Of a stretch of DNA of 60,723 nt, positions 21,265-31,296 are shown one piece after another. A program made the position numbers and the translations under genes. The stretch lies in the IMG/VR virus record IMGVR_UViG_3300022602_000040; one strand, written 5' to 3'. The stretch is from an uncultured virus (IMG/VR IMGVR_UViG_3300022602_000040) (Duplodnaviria > Heunggongvirae > Uroviricota > Caudoviricetes). Below the pieces are notes generated by a model. The model saw nothing but the letters and a program-made list of their open reading frames with translations. It searched no databases and had not been told where the DNA came from. Each line of letters opens with the position of its first letter. Within the stretch, counting starts at the first letter, position 1.

Positions 21265-23429
21265 TAAGCAGAAACCCCGATGAACTGATATTGGTCACAT
21301 TGCGGAGACAAATTTGGATTATCAGCTAGCAATACAATCTTTAGCTGCATTTGGTCAAATGTATCGAATCGAGCCATGTTTGAGTTAAAGTAGCTGACAA
21401 CATTTGAGTTCAACACATTATGATAAGCAATATTATTGTATTGCAGTACGTCGACAGCAAAGCCAGACCCAACCATACTCGAATTCGAGATAGGTTCACC
21501 AAGAGTAATCACACCGTTTGTACCATTAGCAGCAGTTACAACACCTACCTGATACACAAGCGTTGGCTGAAGTGGGTTGTAGATCTTAATCAGGTTGCCG
21601 ACCGAAACAAGAGTCTGAGCATTAGCAACCGAGCCTGTAATGTTTGCGCTGCTCAACGTAGTTGTGAATGTACCTGACACTGTTGTAACAGATGGTCCAA
21701 CTGTTGGAATACCGTATGTGTATTCGACTAAATCGTTTGTATTTGCAGAGCTCGAATATTTTGTTCCGTTATTCGTAATCGTCATAGGAGTCCACGACTT
21801 GGAATCGAACGAATCTGGATCGTTGGAGTTATGTAGCTTGCAATACAGGTTGATCTGTGTGCCTTGTGGACGATAAGCAGTCAAATAGCATAGGGCATCT
21901 TCAGCGAAGTGGTTGCAGGCGAAGGTAACTGTTGTGCAGAGATATTTCGATAGGGCAATACCACCAGCAGGAGCAACTTCTGTATCATTAGTTACTGTGT
22001 ATGTCGTGTTGCCTGCAACAACTGTTCCAGAAGCGGTGTACGTGTTGGATACTGAGTACACAAACGCTTCAATGTCAAGCTCATTGTAATTGATTGCTGG
22101 TGAGTGATACAAACCAGCAGATACGGATGAATTGACAGTAATTGTTACGTTGGCAGTAGATGACTTCTTATTTGTACCGTACAAATTGCTCTGAACTACT
22201 TCATTAGAACGTGACATGATTACAGCGTTATTAACACCGATTGGCAGGTCTGTTCCTGATGTAAAGGTGTTGTAGCCAGACATAGCATAACCAGAACCTG
22301 TATTACCATAAGCATACGAATAGCTGGTGATTACATAGTCGTTTGGCTCTACACCAATAGCAAATTGAGGCGTAACTCTGTTGATCGGAATGTTTGTTAC
22401 TGATGTGATAACTGCGTTCACTTGAGAATCATTACCGATAATTGTGTTACCAGATCCAAAGCAGAACGAAGCATTTGCTGCAGTCGAATCAACGAGGCTA
22501 ATAAAGCCATCGATATAGCTAGAGTAATTATGTCTACCTGTAACAGGGAAGAAGAAGTTGGCCGATGAGTTGCTAAAACCAGGTAGTGTTGACACAGTCA
22601 TGTTTGTGCCGTTGGTTACAGCTGATACCTGAAACAAGTCGAACTGAGCTGGCACAGTTGAGCCATTCCACAGGGCAACATACTTACCAACGTATGCACT
22701 GTTGAATGTATTCGACGTACAAGTAATTGTTGCGTTTCCACTAACAATTGTTGCTGTTGCGCTTGCGTTGGCTGATAGCTGGAATACCAATTCACCAGGA
22801 ATGAAGCTACTTGTATTCGATCTGGTAACATTGAAGAATTCGTATTCTTTGTTCACAACGTTAACATTGATCGAGTTGGTTGTGTACTGAGCAAAGTTTA
22901 CGTTGAACTTGAGTGTTGTACCAGAAATAGGTGTAAGGTTTGTTGATCCCGAGACGAAAGCGGTATGGGTGCCTTTGTAGTAGCTTCCCATGTTGTGGAC
23001 CGTACTTGGACCAGGTGAAAGAATGTTCTGACCTAGAACACCGTCGCCTGTCTTATTGACCCACAGATCGTAGGAAGATGTCACGTCTGCATACGATACG
23101 ACGATACCGTAGAAAGCGCCAGTGTTTACTTGAACAAGGGATGAGAATTGAAACTCAGATGGCTGAGAAGCATCCCCTAGAGCACTGATAGCATCATATG
23201 GCAAATACGTCTGAGAATTAGGAATAACAGAAGTTGGATCTGGCTGGTTGTTTACGACATTACATAACCAGAGTTGGATACCACCAGTTTGCTTTGCTGA
23301 AACAGGCTTCGACTTAACGTATAGGTCAATGGATGTCAGCTCAACCTTTGTCGCTCCGCTAACAGAAAGGGGATCGATGTAAAATGTCTGAATTACGTCA
23401 TAATAATATTGAACTGCAGTATTTGCCAT
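21264..23429 (-). CDS. Virion structural protein (resembles the C-terminal part of DUF4815/VrlC-like proteins)
   Basis: QTFYID...LTSIDLY..SKP and SKY...V......A......AYRP....EYTY...FD...LKIVL patterns. Confidence 0.7.
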   Translation of the reverse strand: MANTAVQYYYDVIQTFYIDPLSVSGATKVELTSIDLYVKSKPVSAKQTGGIQLWLCNVVNNQPDPTSVIPNSQTYLPYDAISALGDASQPSEFQFSSLVQVNTGAFYGIVVSYADVTSSYDLWVNKTGDGVLGQNILSPGPSTVHNMGSYYKGTHTAFVSGSTNLTPISGTTLKFNVNFAQYTTNSINVNVVNKEYEFFNVTRSNTSSFIPGELVFQLSANASATATIVSGNATITCTSNTFNSAYVGKYVALWNGSTVPAQFDLFQVSAVTNGTNMTVSTLPGFSNSSANFFFPVTGRHNYSSYIDGFISLVDSTAANASFCFGSGNTIIGNDSQVNAVITSVTNIPINRVTPQFAIGVEPNDYVITSYSYAYGNTGSGYAMSGYNTFTSGTDLPIGVNNAVIMSRSNEVVQSNLYGTNKKSSTANVTITVNSSVSAGLYHSPAINYNELDIEAFVYSVSNTYTASGTVVAGNTTYTVTNDTEVAPAGGIALSKYLCTTVTFACNHFAEDALCYLTAYRPQGTQINLYCKLHNSNDPDSFDSKSWTPMTITNNGTKYSSSANTNDLVEYTYGIPTVGPSVTTVSGTFTTTLSSANITGSVANAQTLVSVGNLIKIYNPLQPTLVYQVGVVTAANGTNGVITLGEPISNSSMVGSGFAVDVLQYNNIAYHNVLNSNVVSYFNSNMARFDTFDQMQLKIVLLADNPNLSPQCDQYQFIGVSA

Positions 23430-23438
23430 TTAATTTAC

Positions 23439-26400
23439 CTATTGCTGAATACCAACGGGAGTATTTGTGTTATTTATTCCGTTGTAAACGTATTCCTTGA
23501 TGTTGATGGTACCATAGCCAGTTGATGTGCCATCGCTACTCTGTACGGAGAAGTTCTTGACACCTACTGCAAGATTGAGCAACTTGTTAGCCTGTGTTAG
23601 GTCAGATGTTGCCTGATTAATACCAGCATTGTAGTAGAAAGCAAACGACAACAAACCATTCTGATCTGATACAAGAGGCTGACCAATTGTATACGTCACA
23701 GGTCCAGTTGCACTTGTCGCAAGTGGCTTACACTGTGCCGAAGCATCAGTTCCGTTGAATGTGAATGTGTGAGTTGTTCCAGGCTTCAAACCAGCAAAGA
23801 TGATATTGAAGATTTGAGAGTCGGCGAAGTAGCCAAGGTATGGTGAATACCAGCGACCACGATCGTAATACCACTCGTACCAACCGTAATATGGAACATA
23901 CACAGGAGCATATGTATTCATCGAGAACGATGGAGGATCAACGCTCAGCAATGTACCTGTATAGCTAAACTGCGATAGCTGAGCTGTGAGGTTGACTGTT
24001 ACGTTTTCTGTTGTATCGCTTGGATAGAACGCAACACCCTGGTAGATTGGGTAACCATAAACACCTGGGAGGAAACGGTAATAGTAGTAGTTCCAATAGC
24101 CATAGTAGTAGCCACCATACAAACCGTACCACCAGTTATCGATTGTGTTCTTCGTGATGCGAAGACGCACATACTGACCTAGCGATGGGTTGTGAGTCCA
24201 TACCATCTTACCAATACCGTTGAACAACCAACGACCGTTTGGATCCTGTGTCCATACTGTATTCGATGGCTTCGTGTTTGGATACTGCTGCTGGTAAGCA
24301 TACAAGCTCAAACCATTGAAGTAACCGAAGTACTGGTTAAAAGGATTGAGAACACTTGTATCACCTGACGAAAGATCCTGAAGGTTCTTAGCTGTGTATG
24401 TAGGAGTCATACCTGCTGTTGAGAAGCCAGCATGATCACCGTAATACACTTCAACAGCACCCAATAGGTTGAGCATGTTGATGTAAATCGATACAGCGCC
24501 CGATGTCGCTGACATGTGGTATTCGATTTCTTCATATAGCGAACCGTCGTTCTTTGCTGTATTAGTTTTAGCAGCAAAGTACTGATCCTGAATGGTCTGA
24601 ACGACTTCAGTTACCTGTTCGATCAGTGGACCGTTTGTTGCACGTGTCTGGGAGATTACAGGATACTGATTAAATGGTAGAGACTCAAGCTGACCTGTGT
24701 CTGGCTTGTGCTCAACAGCCAACTGAACGGTCTTTGGCATCAAACGACCGTTGTAGATGGTGCAGGTGGTAGAAGGATCTGCATATGACGTATCTGTGAA
24801 CGAATCTACAACATAGCCGAACTTGAAGCGGTCGAGACCGCTTGTTCCAGGAATGATTCTATTGTTGACGTCAGCTTCGACCAACGATAGAGACACGTAA
24901 TACTCGAGAGCAGCGATTCTTCTTTCAAGATCACCAATGTCAGTCATCTTGTAGCCTTTTGGCTGAGCCGAGTTGATGTCTGCTGAATTGAATAGTGGTG
25001 AAATCTGATACTTGGAAAGACGTGTAGAGATCTGACCTCTGCTGTATACCTTTGTATCGGCGATGATAGCAAGATCCGACGACATCTTAGATGCTAGCGA
25101 AGGATAAGGTGGAATGTTCAGAACACCGATTGTCAACGCATTGTTTGGCTGAGCAGGTGCTGTGTACACAAGAGATGTACCACCGCTGATGCTTGTTGTC
25201 TTGGTTGTGGCACCAGGCGTTCCCTTCAAAACCTGGAAGTTGTTTGTCTGATCCATATACACACGATCAGCGCGGCCCTGATAGTATGCAATCGTACTTG
25301 TCAATGACGAACCTGGAACTGGGAACTTATAGTTAGAAGCAGTAAACTTGTTAGTTAGTGTTGGTTCTGTTGGGTTGATAGGAGCAGATGCTGCTGTTGT
25401 AACAAGAGCAACTGTATTAGCAGCCACAGGGCGCAAGTCGAACTGATCACGCATATCGTAATAGTTACCCTGCCAATCCCACACTTCTGGAATTTCTAGA
25501 GTGTTGACATACGAGCCAGTCGACAATGTTGCTAGGTTAGCAGCATCATTAGCTGAGTACGATGATACGGTAAACACACCAGGAGTCGATGTGTAGTTAT
25601 CTACGCTGACAAGCAGGAAATCGGATGATGCAAGTGTGATACTGCCGTTCGACTTCTTCTGCAAGTAAGAGACACCTGCATACGTTTCACGATGGTTAGG
25701 ATCGACAAAGAACTGATTTGTGACATCCGTGACACCCGAGTCTGTTGCAGCGAATGTTGCGTTAGGTCCCTTGTACACACCACGTAGGCGGAATACGTCT
25801 GGAATACCTAGGCACCATGGACCATTGACAGACGCTGCGTTGTTCGACATCTGAAGGCGAACAAGGCTACCGCGGTTAGGAGTCTTGGACTGAGGATTTG
25901 CAACGGTGGTCTGTAGGTTATACGTAACAGCCGATGACGGCGATGTGTTCAGGGCAACCCCCAGGTTGATGTACATGGTAGTACCACCTGAGTTAACAGT
26001 AACGCTTCTGCCTGCTCTTGTAGAGATGTCCACTGGAATGTTAGCAGGAAAGTACTGAACAGCATTACCAGTTGTAACTGTTGTACCTGGAGCGGTAACG
26101 GTGACGATCTGTGTGCTATTGGTTACGGCTGCAACCTGTACGGTAACATTCGAACCAGCAGAGTTGGCAACCTTGATGAAATCGCCAGCCTGAAGTGCGC
26201 TGCTGAACGATGTGGATGTACCTGTAATTACAGTGCAACCAGATGTGACAGTCATTGTACCAGCAAGGTTAGCTGTTGCCTGCGATGACTGGGTAGGAAC
26301 GATTGTTATGTAAGTAGGAGAGGTTAGTGTACCTGTCTGAGGGAACAGATCACCAGATGTGGTAACAACTGCTGTACCGTTGCTTGCGTTAATTGTAATA

Positions 26401-28541
26401 GCGTTTGCAGAGGTACGATACTGATATGTGATAGAGTTTGCACTCTTCAGCGCATCCTGGCCGCTGTAGAAAATCAGCTTACCTGGTGCAGTTGTGTTGA
26501 TCTGAGCAATTGTCGCACCAGTTGTTGGGTCAGTGGTAGTAACGATATCGGCCATACCATCGTTGATAGCATCTAGATATACAGAACGTACGTTTCTGAA
26601 GTTGTATCCTGTTCCCATTTGAATGTCGAACAAGTATAGTCTGTACACAGCAGAAGGTGTTCCAGCAACACCAGAGTCAAGCTGGAAGCCACGAATACGT
26701 GCTGTACCGATTACGTTACCGGTTGCCTTATACTGTCCGGTTGATGGAGAAGATCCAAGACTTACAATCTGTGTGTCGAAGTGATTCAAACCATATGACT
26801 GTGCAGTATCAAGTAGAGAAATCCACTCACCGCCTGTAAAGTTGAACTGACCACCTACCTGGTTTACGAGAATGTAGTTGCCGTAATTCATTGTTACGGA
26901 AACCTGTGGTAAAGGAGAACCGTTCTGAACAACGGTATCTGTACCCTTAGCGATAGAGATTGTGTCGTTGTAGAAAGTCTCTACTAGGTATCCACCAACG
27001 TATGCTTTACCTGGATCAATTACGATATTAGTGTTTGTGGTTTCATATGCAATATTTGCAGGTGAAACAGATGATAGCAAGAACTGGTCTGTGACGAAGT
27101 TACCAGCTTCATCGTACAAGCGCTGAGCAACGTAATCGCCAATGATATTGTATTGAGTCTGCTGATTCTGAATGAATGGCTGACCTTGCGAGAACTCAGC
27201 GATAGGCAAGAAGTCTGTGTTGTTGATTGACTCAGTTGCTGACATAACAACAAGCTGAGGAGTTAGCTTCAGACGATCTGCACCTGGTGCTGCATAGTTG
27301 TATGTGTTCGATGCATTGTCGAGCAACGACTGATCGATATTCGAGTTGATGATCTGCTCGGATGTGTTAAAGCCAACAACTACGCCATCAGGAACACCAG
27401 CAACGGTTGGGTCAGAAACACCATTTGGAAGGTATGGTTCAACGACAACGAGCTGTTTGGTGACGCGAGAGAAGTAACCCTTTTGATACACAACACCATC
27501 ATCGACAGACATTGCATAGCCGTATCCTACAGGATATACTGTAGCATTAGCAACAGTCAGTGTTGTCATATAGTTTTGAGCTACAAGATTTGCAGCAGCT
27601 ATCTGTAGTGTATTAGCAGTTGTCGATGCTACCGTTACGTATGGATTTACATAATAACCATAACCACCACTTGTGATATCGATCTGGTTGATAGCACCGA
27701 TTGAGCTTACGTTTCCGACAACAGCAGCGGCACCCCCACCAATTACGTTTACAATGCTACCTGTGGCAGATGTAGATGCGTCGATGACCGAGTCACCAGC
27801 CGAGAAAGTCCACTGAGTCGAGTTAGCTGCTTGCTGAGCAAGGTTGTTAGCCCAAGGACGGATGTTGAGGATGACAACCTGGGAATTTGTTGTGGTATCG
27901 ATCGACGTGATAACAGCATTAGCATATTTACCGTTGTTGATAGAATCACCAACAACGAAATTTGGAGAAAATGTTGTACCACCACTCGAATTCTGAACTG
28001 CCAAAGCAGGAACGAATACGACCGAGTCGGCTTTATTGAAACCAGACGAACCATTGTTTGCAGTGACAGCGAATACTGGATTAGTTGGATCGAATACGGT
28101 TAGCGTTTCGTCGTGAGCAAAAGTGGTTGCAGTACCACTTGTACCAGAGTTAATATAACGAATGTAAAGAGTATTCAAGTTGGGGGAACGAGACTCGAAA
28201 CCTGAAATACCGGTTGCAACAACGGCCTGTACGTTAGACGAGTCCTTGAGGTACATACCAAGATAGTCGTTTACGTTAACAGGCTCACCATCTCCCTGGT
28301 TGTCTCTTACCTTGACATATGGGATAGTGGTAAATGTCATGTGGCAGCCATCTACAATGGTGCCAGCCTTGAAGATGTTGTCGCCGAAGCGCTCGATCTG
28401 AGTCTGCAACAACGCCTGAAGAGAGTTTAATTCACGTGCCTGGACAGCAACACCAGGCTTGAACAGTACTCTGTAAAAGTCCTTCGTTGGTGTTGTATCG
28501 TCGAAATACGGAGATACATCCAGATTGGTTTGAATAGGCAT
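23439..28541 (-). CDS. DUF4815-type large baseplate/virion protein
   Basis: TNLDVSPYFDD...FYRVLFKPG.AVQARELN, APGADRLK, YKMTDIGDLERRI..LEYY and DRFKFG..VDSF motifs. Confidence 0.85.
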   Translation of the reverse strand: MPIQTNLDVSPYFDDTTPTKDFYRVLFKPGVAVQARELNSLQALLQTQIERFGDNIFKAGTIVDGCHMTFTTIPYVKVRDNQGDGEPVNVNDYLGMYLKDSSNVQAVVATGISGFESRSPNLNTLYIRYINSGTSGTATTFAHDETLTVFDPTNPVFAVTANNGSSGFNKADSVVFVPALAVQNSSGGTTFSPNFVVGDSINNGKYANAVITSIDTTTNSQVVILNIRPWANNLAQQAANSTQWTFSAGDSVIDASTSATGSIVNVIGGGAAAVVGNVSSIGAINQIDITSGGYGYYVNPYVTVASTTANTLQIAAANLVAQNYMTTLTVANATVYPVGYGYAMSVDDGVVYQKGYFSRVTKQLVVVEPYLPNGVSDPTVAGVPDGVVVGFNTSEQIINSNIDQSLLDNASNTYNYAAPGADRLKLTPQLVVMSATESINNTDFLPIAEFSQGQPFIQNQQTQYNIIGDYVAQRLYDEAGNFVTDQFLLSSVSPANIAYETTNTNIVIDPGKAYVGGYLVETFYNDTISIAKGTDTVVQNGSPLPQVSVTMNYGNYILVNQVGGQFNFTGGEWISLLDTAQSYGLNHFDTQIVSLGSSPSTGQYKATGNVIGTARIRGFQLDSGVAGTPSAVYRLYLFDIQMGTGYNFRNVRSVYLDAINDGMADIVTTTDPTTGATIAQINTTAPGKLIFYSGQDALKSANSITYQYRTSANAITINASNGTAVVTTSGDLFPQTGTLTSPTYITIVPTQSSQATANLAGTMTVTSGCTVITGTSTSFSSALQAGDFIKVANSAGSNVTVQVAAVTNSTQIVTVTAPGTTVTTGNAVQYFPANIPVDISTRAGRSVTVNSGGTTMYINLGVALNTSPSSAVTYNLQTTVANPQSKTPNRGSLVRLQMSNNAASVNGPWCLGIPDVFRLRGVYKGPNATFAATDSGVTDVTNQFFVDPNHRETYAGVSYLQKKSNGSITLASSDFLLVSVDNYTSTPGVFTVSSYSANDAANLATLSTGSYVNTLEIPEVWDWQGNYYDMRDQFDLRPVAANTVALVTTAASAPINPTEPTLTNKFTASNYKFPVPGSSLTSTIAYYQGRADRVYMDQTNNFQVLKGTPGATTKTTSISGGTSLVYTAPAQPNNALTIGVLNIPPYPSLASKMSSDLAIIADTKVYSRGQISTRLSKYQISPLFNSADINSAQPKGYKMTDIGDLERRIAALEYYVSLSLVEADVNNRIIPGTSGLDRFKFGYVVDSFTDTSYADPSTTCTIYNGRLMPKTVQLAVEHKPDTGQLESLPFNQYPVISQTRATNGPLIEQVTEVVQTIQDQYFAAKTNTAKNDGSLYEEIEYHMSATSGAVSIYINMLNLLGAVEVYYGDHAGFSTAGMTPTYTAKNLQDLSSGDTSVLNPFNQYFGYFNGLSLYAYQQQYPNTKPSNTVWTQDPNGRWLFNGIGKMVWTHNPSLGQYVRLRITKNTIDNWWYGLYGGYYYGYWNYYYYRFLPGVYGYPIYQGVAFYPSDTTENVTVNLTAQLSQFSYTGTLLSVDPPSFSMNTYAPVYVPYYGWYEWYYDRGRWYSPYLGYFADSQIFNIIFAGLKPGTTHTFTFNGTDASAQCKPLATSATGPVTYTIGQPLVSDQNGLLSFAFYYNAGINQATSDLTQANKLLNLAVGVKNFSVQSSDGTSTGYGTINIKEYVYNGINNTNTPVGIQQ

Positions 28542-28546
28542 TTAAA

Positions 28547-29158
28547 TTAAAACTCCAGTAGTTTTATTTTCATAGTTGTTATATATTTATTACAGTTGTC
28601 GAAATGCCATCTTGTCATAACAGCCTGTCCTCCTGTTTTCTTACAGTGTGGACACACTACCTTTTTCTTTGGCACTTTCATTCTATTCTTAAACTCGTCC
28701 GATCTTTTCAATCCTCTGAGTTTGTCTGCACGCTTCTTTTTTTCTTCTTCTGACTGTTTTCTTCCTACCGTAGCTTCTTTTTGTCTAGCTTTGGCGTATT
28801 CAGAAAATCGTCTTCCCTTAGCACTATCTCGAATCTTTTGCTTGGACTCTTCTGTATGTTTGAACCCTAACATCGAAGGAGAATCTGATCTTAAAGATTT
28901 GTTGTAGTATCTAATACCCAACTCTTCTTTTTGGATCATGTCAAGCCAGCGCTGTTCTTCCAATGTAAGGTCATCTTTACAGGTATATACGTAAGAAATT
29001 ACCCTGCGCTTAAAATCTTCTTTTCTTCTTCTATAAGCTTCTCGCATTTTATTAGAAGAACAAATATACCCATCATCTATATGTCCCCAATGTCTTCCAA
29101 GGTAATACCTCTTGTGTTTTTTGTCGAACCACAAGTAGATGAAACCATATTTCTTCAT
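28547..29158 (-). mobile_element. Free-standing Seg-like GIY-YIG homing endonuclease (HEG3) with NUMOD3 and CPHC zinc-ribbon-like tail
   Basis: MKKYGFIYLWFDKKHKRYYLG..., GFKHTEESKQKI, CPHC...RWHFDNC; start reassigned to ATG 29158 from the GGAG SD. Confidence 0.88.
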
Positions 29159-29190
29159 AAACACTCCTATGTTTGTTCAGAGTATTTATA
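29156..29190 (-). promoter_or_regulatory. Late promoter TATAAATA (29183-29190) with hairpin covering the SD and AUG
   Basis: UAUAAAUACUC pairs with GAGUGUUUAUG (11 bp including G:U). Confidence 0.85.
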
Positions 29191-29202
29191 AAAATCATGT
29201 GT

Positions 29203-31293
29203 TCAGAACTCCAGTATGATCTTAATTGTCTCGTTTTTATTCGACTGTCTCGTAATAGGGTCTACATTTTCTACATAAATGACCTGACCACTATCGCGCA
29301 CGAGATCTCCATTATATTTATTCGACAATGTAACAGTCGCTCCACTCGCCTGTCCAATAATAGTATTCGCTGTATTGAAAATATGTTTCACGTTTGATAG
29401 GTAAACAAGTTCGTTTGGTGTACCAGCAACTGTAGAGTGGTAGCTTGCCGAAGGTAGATAACCAAGTAGTGCGGATGCAAGAGTGTTAGCCTGATCCAAT
29501 GAGTTCTGAACAACAGTAGCGTTTGGCTGGTATACGGCTTCGTCTTCGATGAATGTACCCGATACAGGAGTACATACGTAGCGGCTGAGCTCAACAAATG
29601 TCGTAAACAGACCGTTCAGGGTTGTACCGTTGATCGATAGACCAGTAACTGTTGCTGTTGCGAAGCTGTTGGAACCGATGATTGTCTGGGTGTTGGTAGC
29701 GGACCTTGTGTCGACACTTGTCACACCCAATCCACCAGTGCTGACGCTAGTTACTTGTCCTAGGCCTGTTGTATTTAGCAAAGCAAATGGGAAGCTACCA
29801 GAAGTTGTGAATGGTACGTTGGCAGTAACCGTCATTGACGTGTTGTTTGCAATCGTGCCAACATAACCAAGGAAGTTTGCTGCACCGGTGGTGAAGTAGA
29901 TAGGATCGCCTGCTGCAAGACCAGATGCAAAGTACGTGCCTGTACCAGTAATTACGTTGGATGAGGCTGTTGTGGATATTGCACCAGCGAGCCACACAGG
30001 ATTGTACTGAAGAATGTCTTCACCAACGACGAACTGACCGACTTGACTCACAGTATTGGTTGTTAGCGTCACACCGCTGAACAAGGGATCTTTGATAACG
30101 CCGATTTGGCGGTAGTCGTTAGCAGATACGATATTGTTTGATTCGTTGCCAACATACGATACGCTAATACCAATCTGAGAAGTGATTAATTCATTGTATG
30201 GATCTGATCCGTGACCACCAGGAGGAGACATCACAGCAGTTAGTACAGCGTTGGCAGTAACACCTACAACAGCCTTTTGAATCAAAACGCAATCAGCCGC
30301 TCTGTAGTAGCTACCTGTGTTTAGAATGTCAACGTAGCTGATCGTGTTACCACTACCAATGGATGTATTGACGATAGCGCGGGCAACAGCATTCGAACCA
30401 AACACTTCGTTGCCATCGCCAAAGATATACACACCAGGAAAGATCTCATACGTATCACCAGCAAGTGGAGATGTGGAGAATGGTGTGTCGATGTATATCT
30501 GATGTTGGTTGTTTGTGTACTGGTACTTGACGATCGTTCTGTATTGACCAGAAGCACCACCGGCTGTCATTTTAATGATGCAGCCTTCGTAGAAGTTGTT
30601 GATCGTCTGAGCATCGTCACCGATGTTGAAGATAGTCGATACACCCGACGAAAGGTCCTGTGATCTGAATGTACCCTTGTACCAGTTAGCATAACCAGCG
30701 CCAGGTTGATCGACCGAAATAAACTCAATCGTTCCTGGGGTTGCGCCGTTGATAACAGTTGTGTTTGCAACGAAAGGGGCGTATGTTGGAGTAGAGAATT
30801 TTAAGTAGATCGCGCCAGGGATCGTGCCCATGTATTTCCAGACGTAGCCATCAACAGGGGAGTGGATTGGACTCAACGAACGGCCTGTTGGCATTACTGT
30901 TGAAGCAGCGCCATATCCGTTCGACAAGCACTTGAACACGTCGTAGTCAGCACCGTTTGGAGCAAGCACATAGAAAGTCTTCGATATTAGATTGCCATCA
31001 GTATGGGTGTACATATCATACACAGTACCTGTGGTCCACTGATTATTATTGATCATTACCTGAATATCGTTCGAGGTAATTCTCTTACCGAACTGCATAT
31101 TGTTGTATACGTCTGTAGAAATACTCTGCACGCTGTTATTAGGAACAGCAATTACAGAGTCATCTGGAACGTAAGGAAGATGATTACCTGCATAGACATA
31201 ATATGCATTCTGACCTGTCGTAACAGTCTGAACGAAATTGCACGCCGCTTCGACGCTAAATTTATTGGTGATCAACTTTTGTGTAACTGACAT
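29203..31293 (-). CDS. gp8: Baseplate wedge subunit gp8
   Basis: W..GTVYDMY, VFKCL.N, DGYVWKYM, PPGGHG.D, C-terminal IYVEN..PITR...ETIKIILEF. Confidence 0.9.
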   Translation of the reverse strand: MSVTQKLITNKFSVEAACNFVQTVTTGQNAYYVYAGNHLPYVPDDSVIAVPNNSVQSISTDVYNNMQFGKRITSNDIQVMINNNQWTTGTVYDMYTHTDGNLISKTFYVLAPNGADYDVFKCLSNGYGAASTVMPTGRSLSPIHSPVDGYVWKYMGTIPGAIYLKFSTPTYAPFVANTTVINGATPGTIEFISVDQPGAGYANWYKGTFRSQDLSSGVSTIFNIGDDAQTINNFYEGCIIKMTAGGASGQYRTIVKYQYTNNQHQIYIDTPFSTSPLAGDTYEIFPGVYIFGDGNEVFGSNAVARAIVNTSIGSGNTISYVDILNTGSYYRAADCVLIQKAVVGVTANAVLTAVMSPPGGHGSDPYNELITSQIGISVSYVGNESNNIVSANDYRQIGVIKDPLFSGVTLTTNTVSQVGQFVVGEDILQYNPVWLAGAISTTASSNVITGTGTYFASGLAAGDPIYFTTGAANFLGYVGTIANNTSMTVTANVPFTTSGSFPFALLNTTGLGQVTSVSTGGLGVTSVDTRSATNTQTIIGSNSFATATVTGLSINGTTLNGLFTTFVELSRYVCTPVSGTFIEDEAVYQPNATVVQNSLDQANTLASALLGYLPSASYHSTVAGTPNELVYLSNVKHIFNTANTIIGQASGATVTLSNKYNGDLVRDSGQVIYVENVDPITRQSNKNETIKIILEF

Positions 31294-31296
31294 TTA

